The notes under the pieces were generated by a model. It had not been told where the DNA came from. It searched no databases and worked only from the letters and a program-made list of their open reading frames with translations. 64,000 nucleotides of DNA, taken from assembly GCA_964248365.1 (NCBI GenBank), contig CAXTYC010000017.1, forward strand, positions 1 through 64,000, in the 5' to 3' direction. Source of the DNA: an uncultured Chroococcidiopsis sp. (lineage in GTDB: Bacteria; Cyanobacteriota; Cyanobacteriia; Cyanobacteriales; Chroococcidiopsidaceae). Made by a program: the position numbers and the translations under genes. The stretch's first letter is position 1, and each line of letters opens with the position of its first letter. Below, piece after piece: positions 21,652 to 32,173 of this stretch.

Positions 21652-23130
21652 ATGCAGATTCAAACTCCAGATTGGGTGAAACACGCTGTTTTCTATCAAA
21701 TTTTTCCTGATCGCTTTGCCAGAAGTAAACAACCTCGCAAGCGACTATTGCAGTCTGCCTCTTGGGAAGACTGGGAAGAAATGCCAACCCTCCAAGGCTA
21801 CAAAGGTGGAGACTTGTGGGGTGTGATGGAGCAGTTAGATTACTTGCAGGATCTGGGGATTAACGCGATTTACTTCACCCCGATCTTTCAATCAGCTAGT
21901 AATCACCGTTATCACACCCACGACTATTACAACGTCGATCCAATGTTAGGGGGAAATGGAGCTTTTAGGGAACTACTAGAAGCTTGCCACGAACGGAATA
22001 TCAAAGTTGTACTGGATGGAGTGTTTAACCATGCCAGTCGGGGATTTTTCTTTTTTCACGACATTTTAGAAAATGGACCCCACTCGCCTTGGGTAGAATG
22101 GTTCAAAATTGAAGGCTGGCCCCTATCCCCTTACAATGGTGAGTTTCCAGCCAACTACCAAGGTTGGGATGGAAATCGAGCGTTGCCAGTGTTTAATCAT
22201 GACAATCCAGAAGTGCGAGAATACATCATGGAAATCGCCGAGTACTGGATTAAATTTGGCATCGACGGTTGGCGGTTGGATGTGCCATTTGAGATCAAAA
22301 CTCCTGGTTTCTGGCAGGAGTTCCGCGATCGCGTCAAAGCACTTAACCCCGAAGCATATATTGTGGGAGAAGTTTGGGAAGACTCAAGCGAGTGGCTAGA
22401 CGGCACACAATTTGACGGAGTGATGAACTACCTATTTGCCGCGCCTACAATCGCTTTTACCGCAGGCGATCGCGTTGATATCGACCAAGTAAAAGACCGC
22501 TCCTATCATCCCTACCCGCCTTTATTTGCCCCCCAGTACGCCGAAAAAATCCAACACCTGCTGCAACTTTACCCTTGGGAAATTCAGCTAACTCAGCTCA
22601 ACTTGTTAGCTAGCCATGATACAGCACGGTTGCTGTCAATTGCTGGCGACGATCGCGCCAGTGTCGAGCTAGCAACACTGCTATTACTGACATTTCCAGG
22701 CGCTCCCAGTATTTACTACGGTGATGAAGTTGGCTTACCTGGGCGTTTAGATCCAGATTCTCGGCGTGGCTTTCCTTTGGAAGCTAACTGGGAACGGGAC
22801 GTTTTAGATTACCACCGTAAATTGATAGCCCTACGCCATAGATACCCTGCACTACGTACAGGTAGTTATCATGTTCTCTATGCTCATGCAGAAACTTATG
22901 TCTTCGCACGGATATTAGACTCAGAAGAATTAATAGTTGCTGTCAATGCTGGTACAGCACCTGCCAAAATAAGCTTTGAAGTAGCCCATCTGAAATCTCA
23001 ACCAAATAAGCTGCTGTATGGCAGCGCTGACATAGAGTGGACGAGTAAGGGACAATCTCCAAAGCTAACATTAAATCTGCCCTCTCGAACTGGCTGCATT
23101 CTAGGTTCAGGTGACAGGGCAAGCTGTTAG
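21652..23130 (+). CDS. GH13 neopullulanase/cyclomaltodextrinase-like alpha-amylase
   Basis: DGVFNH, GWRLDV, GEVW, SHD, IYYGDEVG. Confidence 0.92.
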   Translation: MQIQTPDWVKHAVFYQIFPDRFARSKQPRKRLLQSASWEDWEEMPTLQGYKGGDLWGVMEQLDYLQDLGINAIYFTPIFQSASNHRYHTHDYYNVDPMLGGNGAFRELLEACHERNIKVVLDGVFNHASRGFFFFHDILENGPHSPWVEWFKIEGWPLSPYNGEFPANYQGWDGNRALPVFNHDNPEVREYIMEIAEYWIKFGIDGWRLDVPFEIKTPGFWQEFRDRVKALNPEAYIVGEVWEDSSEWLDGTQFDGVMNYLFAAPTIAFTAGDRVDIDQVKDRSYHPYPPLFAPQYAEKIQHLLQLYPWEIQLTQLNLLASHDTARLLSIAGDDRASVELATLLLLTFPGAPSIYYGDEVGLPGRLDPDSRRGFPLEANWERDVLDYHRKLIALRHRYPALRTGSYHVLYAHAETYVFARILDSEELIVAVNAGTAPAKISFEVAHLKSQPNKLLYGSADIEWTSKGQSPKLTLNLPSRTGCILGSGDRASC

Positions 23131-23195
23131 CTGGCGCGCTATTAGCTGTTAGTTTTTAGAGCCATTGCATTTAAATTATAAACTCTCAATACTAA

Positions 23196-23375
23196 TAGAC
23201 CTCTTGCACGAATATTTTTGTAGGGGCTTACTGCGAAAATCTTTAATTTCAACAAATATCACAGGAAAACCCTTAGTAGGAGCGGGTTTACTCAAAATAT
23301 TTGTTGGAAGCGCGAGTTTGTTGTTAAACCGCCCCTACTCAAAATTGATCTAGATCGATTCATCCAAGAGGTCTA
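23196..23375. repeat. MITE-like element with TAGACCTCTTG...CAAGAGGTCTA ends enclosing a GTAG...CTAC palindrome
   Basis: Terminal inverted repeats at both ends; internal gtaggagcgggttta...aaaccgcccctac. Confidence 0.65.
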
Positions 23376-23421
23376 ATGAGTTAATCAAGCTAAAAGCTAA
23401 TCGCTAATTGCTGTAGAACAT

Positions 23422-23464
23422 AAAAAAAAGTAGAGACGTGGAATGGCACGTCTCTACTTTTTTT
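23422..23464. terminator. Palindrome with A and T tails, probable bidirectional terminator (REP-like GTAGAGACG stem)
   Basis: aaaaaaaagtagagacgtg-gaatgg-cacgtctctacttttttt between convergent genes. Confidence 0.7.
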
Positions 23465-23497
23465 GGGATGAGAAAGAGCGATCGCCTAAAATGCCCA

Positions 23498-23896
23498 TTA
23501 GGGAATTAGGACAGTATCAATTACATGAATCACACCGTTATCTGCTTCGACATCGGGTGTCACAACAGTAGCATCATTCACCTTGACACCATTAGAAGCG
23601 TCGATTTTGAGACTTGAACCTTCTACACTCGAAACTGAGTCTGTTTTTACTACATCAGCCGCCATCACTTTACCAGAGACGACATGATATTCCAGAATCT
23701 GTCTCAACTTGGGAATATCCCCCAGTAGTGACTCTACGGTTCCCGATGCAAGTTTAGAAAATGCTTCGTCGGTTGGAGCAAAGACAGTAAATGGACCCTC
23801 ACCCTTTAGTGCAGTATCAAGACCAGCTGCCGTGATAGCCGTTACTAAAGTGTTGAAAGAACCAGCGTTAATTGCAGTATCTACGATATCAGGCAT
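23498..23896 (-). CDS. Fasciclin (FAS1) domain protein
   Basis: [28 protein letters not shown]; start MPDIVDTA. Confidence 0.92.
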   Translation of the reverse strand: MPDIVDTAINAGSFNTLVTAITAAGLDTALKGEGPFTVFAPTDEAFSKLASGTVESLLGDIPKLRQILEYHVVSGKVMAADVVKTDSVSSVEGSSLKIDASNGVKVNDATVVTPDVEADNGVIHVIDTVLIP

Positions 23897-24124
23897 GAGT
23901 TTTCCTTGGCAACACCAATCTTGGTTATTAGAACTGGCGATCGCTTGTTCTCCCATAGATATTTATCAAGCAACCAACATTTTGTCAATTACTTTTAGCG
24001 GTTGCGAGAACGCGGGCGCGCTGTTAGCTGGAGTGCTGGCGCGTTGGAGTGCGGGCGCGAACGGGGCTGTTTCTCTTTGTTTCTAGCTTTCGCTGATCTT
24101 TGTAACGAGGCGCGTCAATCAATT

Positions 24125-24188
24125 GCTAAAAGCTAAAAGCTAATCGCTAAAAGCTAAAAGCTAAAAGCTAATCGCTAAAAGCTAATTG
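24125..24188. repeat. Heptamer tandem repeat (GCTAAAA/GCTAATC)n
   Basis: Directly visible tandem array. Confidence 0.85.
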
Positions 24189-24605
24189 CTACTCCGCAGC
24201 TACCAGAGCGGGAATCAGGACGGTATCAATCACATGAATTACACCGTTATCCGCAAGAATATCTGTTTGCAAGACATTAGCATCATTTACTTTAATTCCA
24301 TTAGATGACTCGACCGCCAAAACCGAACCCTCAACTGTTTCTGCCTCATTAATCTCCATCAAATCTTCTGCTCTGACATCCCCAAACGAAACATGATATA
24401 GTACTATCCGCTTGAGCTTGGGTATATCATCCATCAAAGATTCCAATGTCCCTGTTGGGAGTTTGGCAAACGCCTCATCAGTAGGAGCAAAAACTGTATA
24501 GGGACCAGGACTAGTGAGGATTTCTGCTAGTTCAGTCGCCCCAATTGCCTGTGTAAGAGTTTTGAAAGTCCCAGCTTGCTGGGCAGTCTCAATCAAATCA
24601 GCCAT
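24189..24605 (-). CDS. Fasciclin (FAS1) domain protein, tandem paralogue
   Basis: [24 protein letters not shown]. Confidence 0.92.
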   Translation of the reverse strand: MADLIETAQQAGTFKTLTQAIGATELAEILTSPGPYTVFAPTDEAFAKLPTGTLESLMDDIPKLKRIVLYHVSFGDVRAEDLMEINEAETVEGSVLAVESSNGIKVNDANVLQTDILADNGVIHVIDTVLIPALVAAE

Positions 24606-24810
24606 AGAATTGCCCCTGTTTCTAAAGTTATCATATTAGGAAATATCTATAGATCACAACAGATCAGCATCTATCGTAGGGGTGAGGAGCCAGGAGCGTC
24701 AAAGTGAGGTGATGTCTGAATTGTTGGGCTAGGGCGAAAGTCTGGGAATAATTGCCACAGCAGATTTGAGTCGGCTGATAAAATAGAATTATCTTTAAAA
24801 ATCAACTGCT

Positions 24811-25044
24811 ATGCTCAAGCGTTCAAAATTCGAGACGACCCAATCTCAAATCATGCACCGTGCTGAGGAACTGATTAGTGCGGCATCAAATCGCTACCGC
24901 ATTACAGTTCAGGTCGCCAATCGTGCCAAGCGCCGTCGGTATGAAGACTTTGACAGTATGGATGACCCAATGATGAAGCCAGTAATCCGGGCAATTATCG
25001 AGATGTCTGATGAGTTGACCCAGCCTGAAATTATTGGAGAGTAA
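24811..25044 (+). CDS. rpoZ: RNA polymerase omega subunit
   Basis: [28 protein letters not shown] (cyanobacterial omega). Confidence 0.9.
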   Translation: MLKRSKFETTQSQIMHRAEELISAASNRYRITVQVANRAKRRRYEDFDSMDDPMMKPVIRAIIEMSDELTQPEIIGE

Positions 25045-25308
25045 AAGCATTTCTCACCACAAAGCCGATGCTTGAATTGCTTAAAGATGAAAGGGACTCG
25101 GGACTCGGGGGAATTAAATAATTACGCTATTCCACTTTTCGACTTCCTGTTATCTTTTTTGCCTTCTTAGTAAAGTTAAAATTTTGGCTTTAACTAACAA
25201 ACAAATTCAAATAGTGCCGCAAGTTCCATTTGTATTTGGGTGAGTAATTCTCACCCTTATTTGTTATTTTCTCACAACTTATTACAAATTATCTAGGGAG
25301 TTGGCATT

Positions 25309-26184
25309 ATGTTTTTAGTAACAGGAGCAACAGGAGGAGTAGGTCGCCGAGTAGTGCGATCGCTTCTGGGGCGACAAATGCAAGTACGTGCTTTTGTCCG
25401 CCTCAATTCTCGCTATGGTGAATTAGAACACCGAGGAGCAGAAATCTTCATTGGTGATTTACGCCTCGAAAAAGATATTCAAAAAGCTTGTCTTGGAGTA
25501 CAGTACATCATCAGCGCGCATGGCTCGGATGGCGATGCTGATTCATTGGACTTGCGTGCCAATATTGAATTAATTGACTGTGCAAAAGCAGTTGGGGTAA
25601 AGCACTTTGTTTTCATTTCCGTCTTAGGTGCTGACCGAGGGTATGAGGATGCACCAGTGTTTAAAGCCAAGCGAGCAGTGGAAAAATATCTGCAAGCTAG
25701 TGGCTTAAATTACACTATCTTGCGTCCGGCTGGGTTAGCATCAAATTTATTACCCCTGGCAGAAAGATTTCGGCAAACAGGAATTTATCTGCTCGTTGGC
25801 GATCCGAAAAATCGCACGTCAATTGTCAGTACTGACGATTTGGCTGCGATAGCAGTGGATTGTGTTACGGTTGCAGGCGCTCGTAACCAGACTCTACCAG
25901 TGGGAGGACCAGAAATTTTACAAAGAGAAGATATACCCCGCATTTTAGGTAATATCTTCAATCAAGAACCAATTATCATAAATCCACCACTACTAGTAGT
26001 TGATGGTTTGCGATCGCTTCTAGGGCTGCTCAATCCCCAAGCTCAAAAAGCTTTAGGCACTTTTCGGACATTGTTGGACAATGAATTTTTCTGCACAAGG
26101 GAAGAAATTTCCCAGCTAGAGGCAATTTTTAACCTGAAATTGGAAACCTTGGAAAGTTTTTTACGGCGTTATTTGGCAGTTTGA
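25309..26184 (+). CDS. NAD(P)-dependent SDR/NmrA-like oxidoreductase
   Basis: VTGATGGVG, YTILRP. Confidence 0.85.
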   Translation: MFLVTGATGGVGRRVVRSLLGRQMQVRAFVRLNSRYGELEHRGAEIFIGDLRLEKDIQKACLGVQYIISAHGSDGDADSLDLRANIELIDCAKAVGVKHFVFISVLGADRGYEDAPVFKAKRAVEKYLQASGLNYTILRPAGLASNLLPLAERFRQTGIYLLVGDPKNRTSIVSTDDLAAIAVDCVTVAGARNQTLPVGGPEILQREDIPRILGNIFNQEPIIINPPLLVVDGLRSLLGLLNPQAQKALGTFRTLLDNEFFCTREEISQLEAIFNLKLETLESFLRRYLAV

Positions 26185-26187
26185 AAA

Positions 26188-26982
26188 ATGATGGATCAAA
26201 ACGAGGAGGGGGGAGAGGCGCTCGTGCGCTCGTGCGAGAGGCAAGAGGCAAGAGGTTTCCCCCCCCCTGCTTCCCCTGCTACCACAGCGAACCCTGCTAT
26301 CCCTAATCGAGAAAGCTCTATACCCCTAACCGCTATAGTACTAGCGGGTGGTCTTAGTTCTCGCATGGGTCAGGATAAAGCATTGCTGACAATTGGGGGT
26401 GTACCACTGCTGCGGATAGTTTGCTCAGTGGCGCTCGCTTTGTGCGAACCGGTGTATGTGGTAACACCCTGGATAGAGCGCTACCAGCACTTACTTTCAC
26501 CCCAGTGTCAATTTATTCGAGAAGTACCACTGTCTGAGGGGCTAGAAGAGGGCAGGGGAGCAGGGAGCAACAGGAGCTGGGGGGAAAACTACCAATTACC
26601 AATTACCAATTCTCCTCTTGTGGGTTTTGCTCAAGGATTGGCGTGGGTTAAAACCGAATGGGTACTTTTGCTGGCTTGTGATTTGCCTCGGTTGCGAGTT
26701 GAGGTGTTGCGAGACTGGGCAACTACTTTGGATAGTGTAGACCCTGGGGCGATCGCTCTACTGACTCACCACGCCAAGGGCTGGGACCCGTTGTGTGGCT
26801 TTTACCGTCGCAGTTGTCTAGCTACACTAACACAATACATTAACTCTGGTGGGCGCTCATTTCAGCATTGGCTTGCACAACATTGGATCCAAGTTCTACC
26901 CGAACCCGATGCCCAAATGCTGTTTAATTGCAATACACCAGCAGACTATGAGGAAATTCGGAGTTCTTCTAAATTTTCCTAA
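26188..26982 (+). CDS. mobA: Molybdenum cofactor guanylyltransferase
   Basis: LAGGLSSRMGQDKA, ACDLP, FNCNTP; N-terminal and internal segments are repeat-derived, so the start is uncertain. Confidence 0.88.
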   Translation: MMDQNEEGGEALVRSCERQEARGFPPPASPATTANPAIPNRESSIPLTAIVLAGGLSSRMGQDKALLTIGGVPLLRIVCSVALALCEPVYVVTPWIERYQHLLSPQCQFIREVPLSEGLEEGRGAGSNRSWGENYQLPITNSPLVGFAQGLAWVKTEWVLLLACDLPRLRVEVLRDWATTLDSVDPGAIALLTHHAKGWDPLCGFYRRSCLATLTQYINSGGRSFQHWLAQHWIQVLPEPDAQMLFNCNTPADYEEIRSSSKFS

Positions 26983-27154
26983 AAGTTTAGTAGTTTCAAG
27001 GTATAGCCTATCAAATTTATATACTGGCAGGAGTTGACTTTTCTTATTTCTTAGGCTAATATGATAAGGCTGGAGGTAAGCCGCAAGGTAAATAGCTCCT
27101 AGAGGGTTATCAGAACAGCAAACGTCACAGCAAAAAAGTCTGAAAGTCCAATTT

Positions 27155-27227
<73 letters not shown>

Positions 27228-27412
27228 TTTTAAATGAATAGACTTAACAAGCCTGAAACCCTAATTTGGGCATGGTATAAATCCCCCATGCCTGTATTTT
27301 TTACCTACCCAAACTTATCAAGTAAGAATTTGTTTACTGCTTTGTACCATTGATAACACCTGGTTGCGGCAGCTCATGCATGAGCTGTTATACTTTTCCA
27401 CAGCCTTATCTC

Positions 27413-28327
27413 CTAAAGAAAAGATAAGACTATTTCTGCCAATTGTGCTGCATATTCCTCATGTAGTCCCAGAGAACCTGGAACCTTTAGCGCCTGCACT
27501 CCTGGTAAAGAGGCTAAAGCTTCCATTTCTGCTTTTGATTTAGGTGGAGATTGTTCACCAATTACTACCAGTGTGGGCGCACTTAGCGGTTGAAACCATG
27601 AGAGAAAGTCAGCCCTCGTTTGCGCGGGGTCTAAAGCACCTGTGACAAACGCTGCTGGGGCAAATCTAGCACCTGGTTGCTGTGTAATTTGCCACTTGTG
27701 CTGGATAAAATCTGGGGTTAACTTAGTTGCATCAGTATAGACATGACGCTGGTACATGAGGCGAAGGAAGGAAGGCGTGGTATTGAGCTTGTAGAGAACT
27801 TGACCGAGAAGAGGCGATCGCACAGCTTGTCTTACCGTACCAGCTATTTTCTGATTTGCACCCATGACGGTGAGAGGACCGCGCCAGGTTGGTGCTACTA
27901 AAACAATGTGGGAGAATGCGCTACCAGTTGCAGCCAGGTGCATCACATAACCAGCCGCATGACCAGCAGCTACTACTGCTATTGGAGTTTGAAAAACATT
28001 GTTGATAAAATCATGCAAGAACTGGTGATACAACACGGGTCGATAGTCTAGGGGTAGACGGTCAGATTGACCAAATCCCAGCCAATCGATCGCTACAACT
28101 TGAAACTGAGGAGATAATAATTTTGCCAAGAGTGCCATTTCCCCCCTGGTAGAAACGGTACTGAAGGCGGGAAGGAGTAATACTGGTGTTCCTTGTCCTA
28201 AAGTTTCATAGACTACCCGTAGTTGTTGCCCTTGCCAAGTCCAGAGATATTCTTTAACTTCACCACCAAAACAGCTAGCTTTTGATGCGGATAAAGGAGT
28301 AAATTTCGCAATGGCAGCCATAAGCAA
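27413..28327 (-). CDS. Alpha/beta hydrolase fold protein
   Basis: PVLLLPAFS, DWLGFGQS, LHEEY; the usual nucleophile GxSxG is not evident (AAGHAAG). Confidence 0.8.
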   Translation of the reverse strand: MLMAAIAKFTPLSASKASCFGGEVKEYLWTWQGQQLRVVYETLGQGTPVLLLPAFSTVSTRGEMALLAKLLSPQFQVVAIDWLGFGQSDRLPLDYRPVLYHQFLHDFINNVFQTPIAVVAAGHAAGYVMHLAATGSAFSHIVLVAPTWRGPLTVMGANQKIAGTVRQAVRSPLLGQVLYKLNTTPSFLRLMYQRHVYTDATKLTPDFIQHKWQITQQPGARFAPAAFVTGALDPAQTRADFLSWFQPLSAPTLVVIGEQSPPKSKAEMEALASLPGVQALKVPGSLGLHEEYAAQLAEIVLSFL

Positions 28328-28392
28328 ACCTGCTAAAAATGATTGTTCTGCTTATATTTTATCCAGCTTAGATCTTGCATCTATCCTATAGC

Positions 28393-28520
28393 CTGCCTGC
28401 TAATTAATTAGCAGGCTTATAGCCAAAGTCTTCTGAAGAAGACTAACCTATCCTTGCAGTCCATTTCAATAGACTTGAGCTATTAGACCAAAAAAGAAGT
28501 TTTGAGCGGTTATTGAAACT
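28393..28520. repeat. Multi-hairpin dispersed repeat of about 130 bp (copy B)
   Basis: Reverse complement of 2345-2473. Confidence 0.8.
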
Positions 28521-28688
28521 TTTTGTCATGATCGCGCTTGTTGGCAATTAGAATTAGTTTCAATAAATAAATTATTGCAACTATTTATTAATAAAAGGCA
28601 GGAGTAAGATATAGTTCCCAAGCGGGGTTCCTGGGAACTAGGAGAATCGCCAAATGCAATATATCAATCGCGCTACTTGGTTAAACCC

Positions 28689-29248
28689 TCAAACACACCA
28701 CGCAATGCGGCGACAGCATCTTGAGTTCTTGCCCAGGCACCCTGATCTGGGTCTTGACCTGTAAGTTCGCGTGTACCCAAAACTTCTAGAATGCCTTTGA
28801 GTTGCTCTTGATAAGCGATTGAGAAAGTTCACTTGATTGAGCAGACCGATCGCTTCTTTCACATCGTCACCTGTAACTTGAGAGGCTTTATGAATAATCA
28901 ATCCAGTCATTACAGGTTGGTGTTTGATCCGTTCGTGAGCAGATGCTTTTTGATACAAGGATAGCTCATTTCCATCCATCAAACGGTTGACCTGCGGTGG
29001 CATACTGCCTGATAGTATCTCTTGGCTGGGCTGCGCCACCACCAAATTTATTGATTACACCCTCGATAGCTGCTAAGTTTTCCTGGTCATCTCAGCAGAA
29101 AGTCATTGAGGCGATCGCTAATCTCTTGATCACCGCTCACAGCAGGTATTAATTTTTGTTCATTAGCAATTAACAACTGTTGTATTGCTTTGAGATCTGC
29201 TAGTTCGGTAGCGATCGCACTACGCTTGGTATCATCCATTACAGTCAT
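28689..29248 (-). pseudogene. Frameshifted remnant of a cyanobacterial ferritin/hemerythrin-like helical protein
   Basis: ATG at 29248 reads MTVMDDTKRSAIATELADLKAIQQLLIANEQKL; the frame breaks near 29090 and continues ELSLYQK...HERIKHQ...GLIIHKA. Confidence 0.55.
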
Positions 29249-29447
29249 TTCTAGACTTTCCTCAAATAATTCAGGGCAAAACTAACGTCTCACAAGTAAT
29301 TGGCTCTCTGAATTATTCTTGCAATAGATTATCATTAATCTACCAAAGTTATTGCAAAGTAATTCTTCTCTTCAGGGAGACAATGCCTTGATTAATGACT
29401 TTGGTAACTGGTAACTGGTAACTGATAACTGATAACTCTCCTAAAGA

Positions 29448-30011
29448 CTAGAATGTAAAACAATAAAATGACGGCGGGGGCGATGAATTATTCCTTCTTG
29501 CTCGAACAGCAGATAGCAGCCGCGTTACCGTTACTCGTGTTGTGCCGATGATTTCTGATATATCCTGATGGGTGAGACGCAAATCAATCAGGTGTCCTTG
29601 CTCAACTTTACGGGCAAACTTGCGAGCTAACCAGATCAAAAGTTGTAACAGGCGATCGTGAGTGCTGGAGGAGCGAACAATGCACAGAAGTTCTTCAGTT
29701 TGTTGAACATGACGGAGAATACTATCTAATACTTGCATCCATTCAGGTGCGCAGGATGTAGCTAGCTTCAACAATAGTTAAGCACTCAATCTGATAGGGT
29801 TGGATAGTGGATAAAGGTTGACCTACTACGTCACCAACACCCCAGTATCCCAATACACCTGCTGTTCCTTCTTCACTCCAAGTCAGGGTACGGACAACCC
29901 CCGTTCAATTCGCAACAAGAAATTAGGTTGCAGCCCAATTAGATGGTTGCGCTGGAAGGTACGCTGCATTAAAAAATTAGTGGACAAGGCTGGGGTAAGA
30001 GTTGAAACCAT
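29448..30011 (-). pseudogene. Crp/Fnr family regulator pseudogene
   Basis: RIERG, TWSEEG, YWGVGDVVGQPL and THQDISEIIGTTRVTVTR are split across frames; paralogous to intact 37529-38104. Confidence 0.8.
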
Positions 30012-30069
30012 AGCACCTAGATTTAGAAACAGCTCGCACTAGCTCAATTGCAATTGAGCAGTATAAGCT

Positions 30070-30090
30070 TATTGAAAATATATTTCAATA
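30070..30090. promoter_or_regulatory. AT-rich inverted repeat, Fur-family box-like
   Basis: TATTGAAAATATATTTCAATA about 60 bp upstream of the crp pseudogene. Confidence 0.45.
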
Positions 30091-30223
30091 GACTCAAAAA
30101 TTATTGAAATAATTTTTTAACCTACTCCCTCTCTTACGAAGAAACGAGCGGAGGAAACCACATTTCGGACGAGCGCGCTACTCCAAAACGAACTACTCCC
30201 TGTGTGCTGTAGTTAACCACCAA

Positions 30224-30604
30224 TTAGGAAATCTCACTCGTCTTGTCTCCAAGCCAGGGCAAATGTTTTTTGCTGTCTCGGCGGTTTTTGTGTTGCACGA
30301 TCAAAATTTGCGCGGCTGCCTGTTGTATTAAGGTCTGGTATAAACCTTTATGTTGGTGTTGAGTCGCCCAGTGCGTTGACATTCGGTGTTGCGGCGCACG
30401 AGAATCAATCCAGTCTCGTTGCGCCTTCGCCACCTGTTCCACTCTAGCAAGTCGCTGTTCGTCGCCAATATCTTCAGCATAGTGCATGGCAGCTGTCAGG
30501 GCGTGGTAGGCAGTTTCGTAATGTGCGCTCTCCAGAGCCTCTTCGCTGATCGCCATGAGTCGCTCGTATATATCACTGCGATCGCTGTGTGATGTCTGTT
30601 GCAT
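30224..30604 (-). CDS. Hypothetical helical protein
   Basis: 126 aa ORF with GGAG RBS; YETAYHALTAAMHYAED helical segment. Confidence 0.6.
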   Translation of the reverse strand: MQQTSHSDRSDIYERLMAISEEALESAHYETAYHALTAAMHYAEDIGDEQRLARVEQVAKAQRDWIDSRAPQHRMSTHWATQHQHKGLYQTLIQQAAAQILIVQHKNRRDSKKHLPWLGDKTSEIS

Positions 30605-30860
30605 ATACTCCTGTCGCTGCCTATTGCTGCTGGCTATTAGGTTTCACTTGTTGACTATCCGCCTAAAGCTTAAACCGCACTTGACGTGATTTAGCCGCTT
30701 TTATATTTTAGCAGTTAGCGATTAGCTTTTAGCTTTTAGCCAGAGGGCGAGTAGTAACACAATTAACTCATAAGTATTAAACACACAAGGGAAGCTAAAA
30801 ATCTCGCTACACGGTTTAGCTAACAGCGTTCTCGCAACAGCTAAAAGCTACAGTTTGAAA

Positions 30861-31937
30861 TTATTTATTTTTCAACTGATTTTTTGCTTGTTCTAAGGCA
30901 ATTTCTTTCACTGCTTGGTATGAACTGACATTTGCCGCCCCTTCAATTGCTTTCACTGCTAGATCTTGTACTTGTTTCAGGGCAGATTCAAGCTGTTTGG
31001 CAAGATTTTGAATTCGTCCTTCCTGATTTTGGATTGTTTGTTCTAGAGACTGTATTCTCTGCTCATAAAAGCGCTTTTGCCCTTCGACTTCTTTGTTATA
31101 TAAATCTGCTTTGACTTTGGCTTGATAGTGAGCAATGCCTTTGCCTTCTTCGGTTGCCTTTTTCAGGGCTAGTTCCTTTTCTTTTGGAAAGGCTTCTACC
31201 TTAGCTTTAGCTTCAGCAAATTCTTTTTCCCGCAGGGCGATCGCTTTCTCTCGTTCAGTCCACTGTTTTTCTTGTTCTTGCCGAAATTCTTCTAATTGAT
31301 TAGATAATATTTTTTGGCTTTGTTCGTATTCATCTGTATTTAGTTTTCTTTGCAGTTCTAAATCATATTTATACTCTGCTCCTTCCCGTTGGCGGGTTTT
31401 ACTTTGTGTTTCATTCCGCTCTTTAATTAATGTTTTATGTTCTTCTTGCTCCTTAATCCAAGCCTTTCTTTGTTCCAGCACCTCTTGCTCTAAGTTTTCT
31501 TGCCTTCGGTTAAATTCCTCACCAAAAGTTTTAGAACTATCTTCATAGGCTTTAACTAAACTATCCAAAGTTTCATCAGCAACTTGCAGATTATGTAAAC
31601 TTTGTAATTGTTCTAGTTGGGTAGCAACTCCTTGGCGAATTTCTTGCAATTTAGAAGCTGGCAACGTAAGTTGTTCTGATAATTCACTCACAGCACTACC
31701 AAAACCTAGCTGAATTTTTGCTAGATTTTCAATTGTTAAATTCATTGTTTGTTGTACTGGTAGCGAATAATTCATCTTTTCTCCTACGACTATTTGTTTT
31801 TCTTTAAGTGGAGATTGCTTTTCTTTAGCTAGTTGATCGAGTTGGGACTTAATTGCTGTTTTCTCCTTTGCCAACTCATCATATGCTGCTAAAATTTCAG
31901 TCTTAGTACTCTTTGCACTTGGTTTTTTTGTTACCAT
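30861..31937 (-). CDS. Coiled-coil-rich protein (paralogue 2)
   Basis: Start MVTKKPS with GGAGG RBS; E/Q/K heptads; C-terminal KQVQDLAVKA. Confidence 0.75.
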   Translation of the reverse strand: MVTKKPSAKSTKTEILAAYDELAKEKTAIKSQLDQLAKEKQSPLKEKQIVVGEKMNYSLPVQQTMNLTIENLAKIQLGFGSAVSELSEQLTLPASKLQEIRQGVATQLEQLQSLHNLQVADETLDSLVKAYEDSSKTFGEEFNRRQENLEQEVLEQRKAWIKEQEEHKTLIKERNETQSKTRQREGAEYKYDLELQRKLNTDEYEQSQKILSNQLEEFRQEQEKQWTEREKAIALREKEFAEAKAKVEAFPKEKELALKKATEEGKGIAHYQAKVKADLYNKEVEGQKRFYEQRIQSLEQTIQNQEGRIQNLAKQLESALKQVQDLAVKAIEGAANVSSYQAVKEIALEQAKNQLKNK

Positions 31938-32022
31938 AAATAACCTCCTAATATTTTGATAAGATGAAAAGACCCACGTCCCACGACAGAATAGACTTAT
32001 TGCACTCGTCTTTTTTTGTTTC

Positions 32023-32087
32023 TCGCAATAGACTTGGACACCCAGGTGGGCGGGTTTCCCGACAGGAGGCAAAGTGTCCGCGCAAAG
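32023..32087 (+). repeat. GGACAC...GTGTCC family repeat, nested in an element with ATAGACTTATTGCA...TGCAAGAAGTCTA ends
   Basis: cgggtttcccgacaggaggcaaagtgtcc is shared with the carB insert. Confidence 0.7.
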
Positions 32088-32173
32088 CCGCGATCGTTCG
32101 GACGCAAAAAGTCTCGCTAAGCTCCTTATGCAAGAAGTCTAATATTTAATTCTTTCCCTTTTCCCTTTCCTCG

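Noticed and set aside
27228..30604. Prophage or integrative element at tRNA-Phe
   Set aside because: No integrase, phage genes or duplicated tRNA 3' end visible in the window
31938..32072. N-terminal extension of ORF 30861..32072
   Set aside because: Runs through repeat DNA; a strong GGAGG RBS supports ATG 31937
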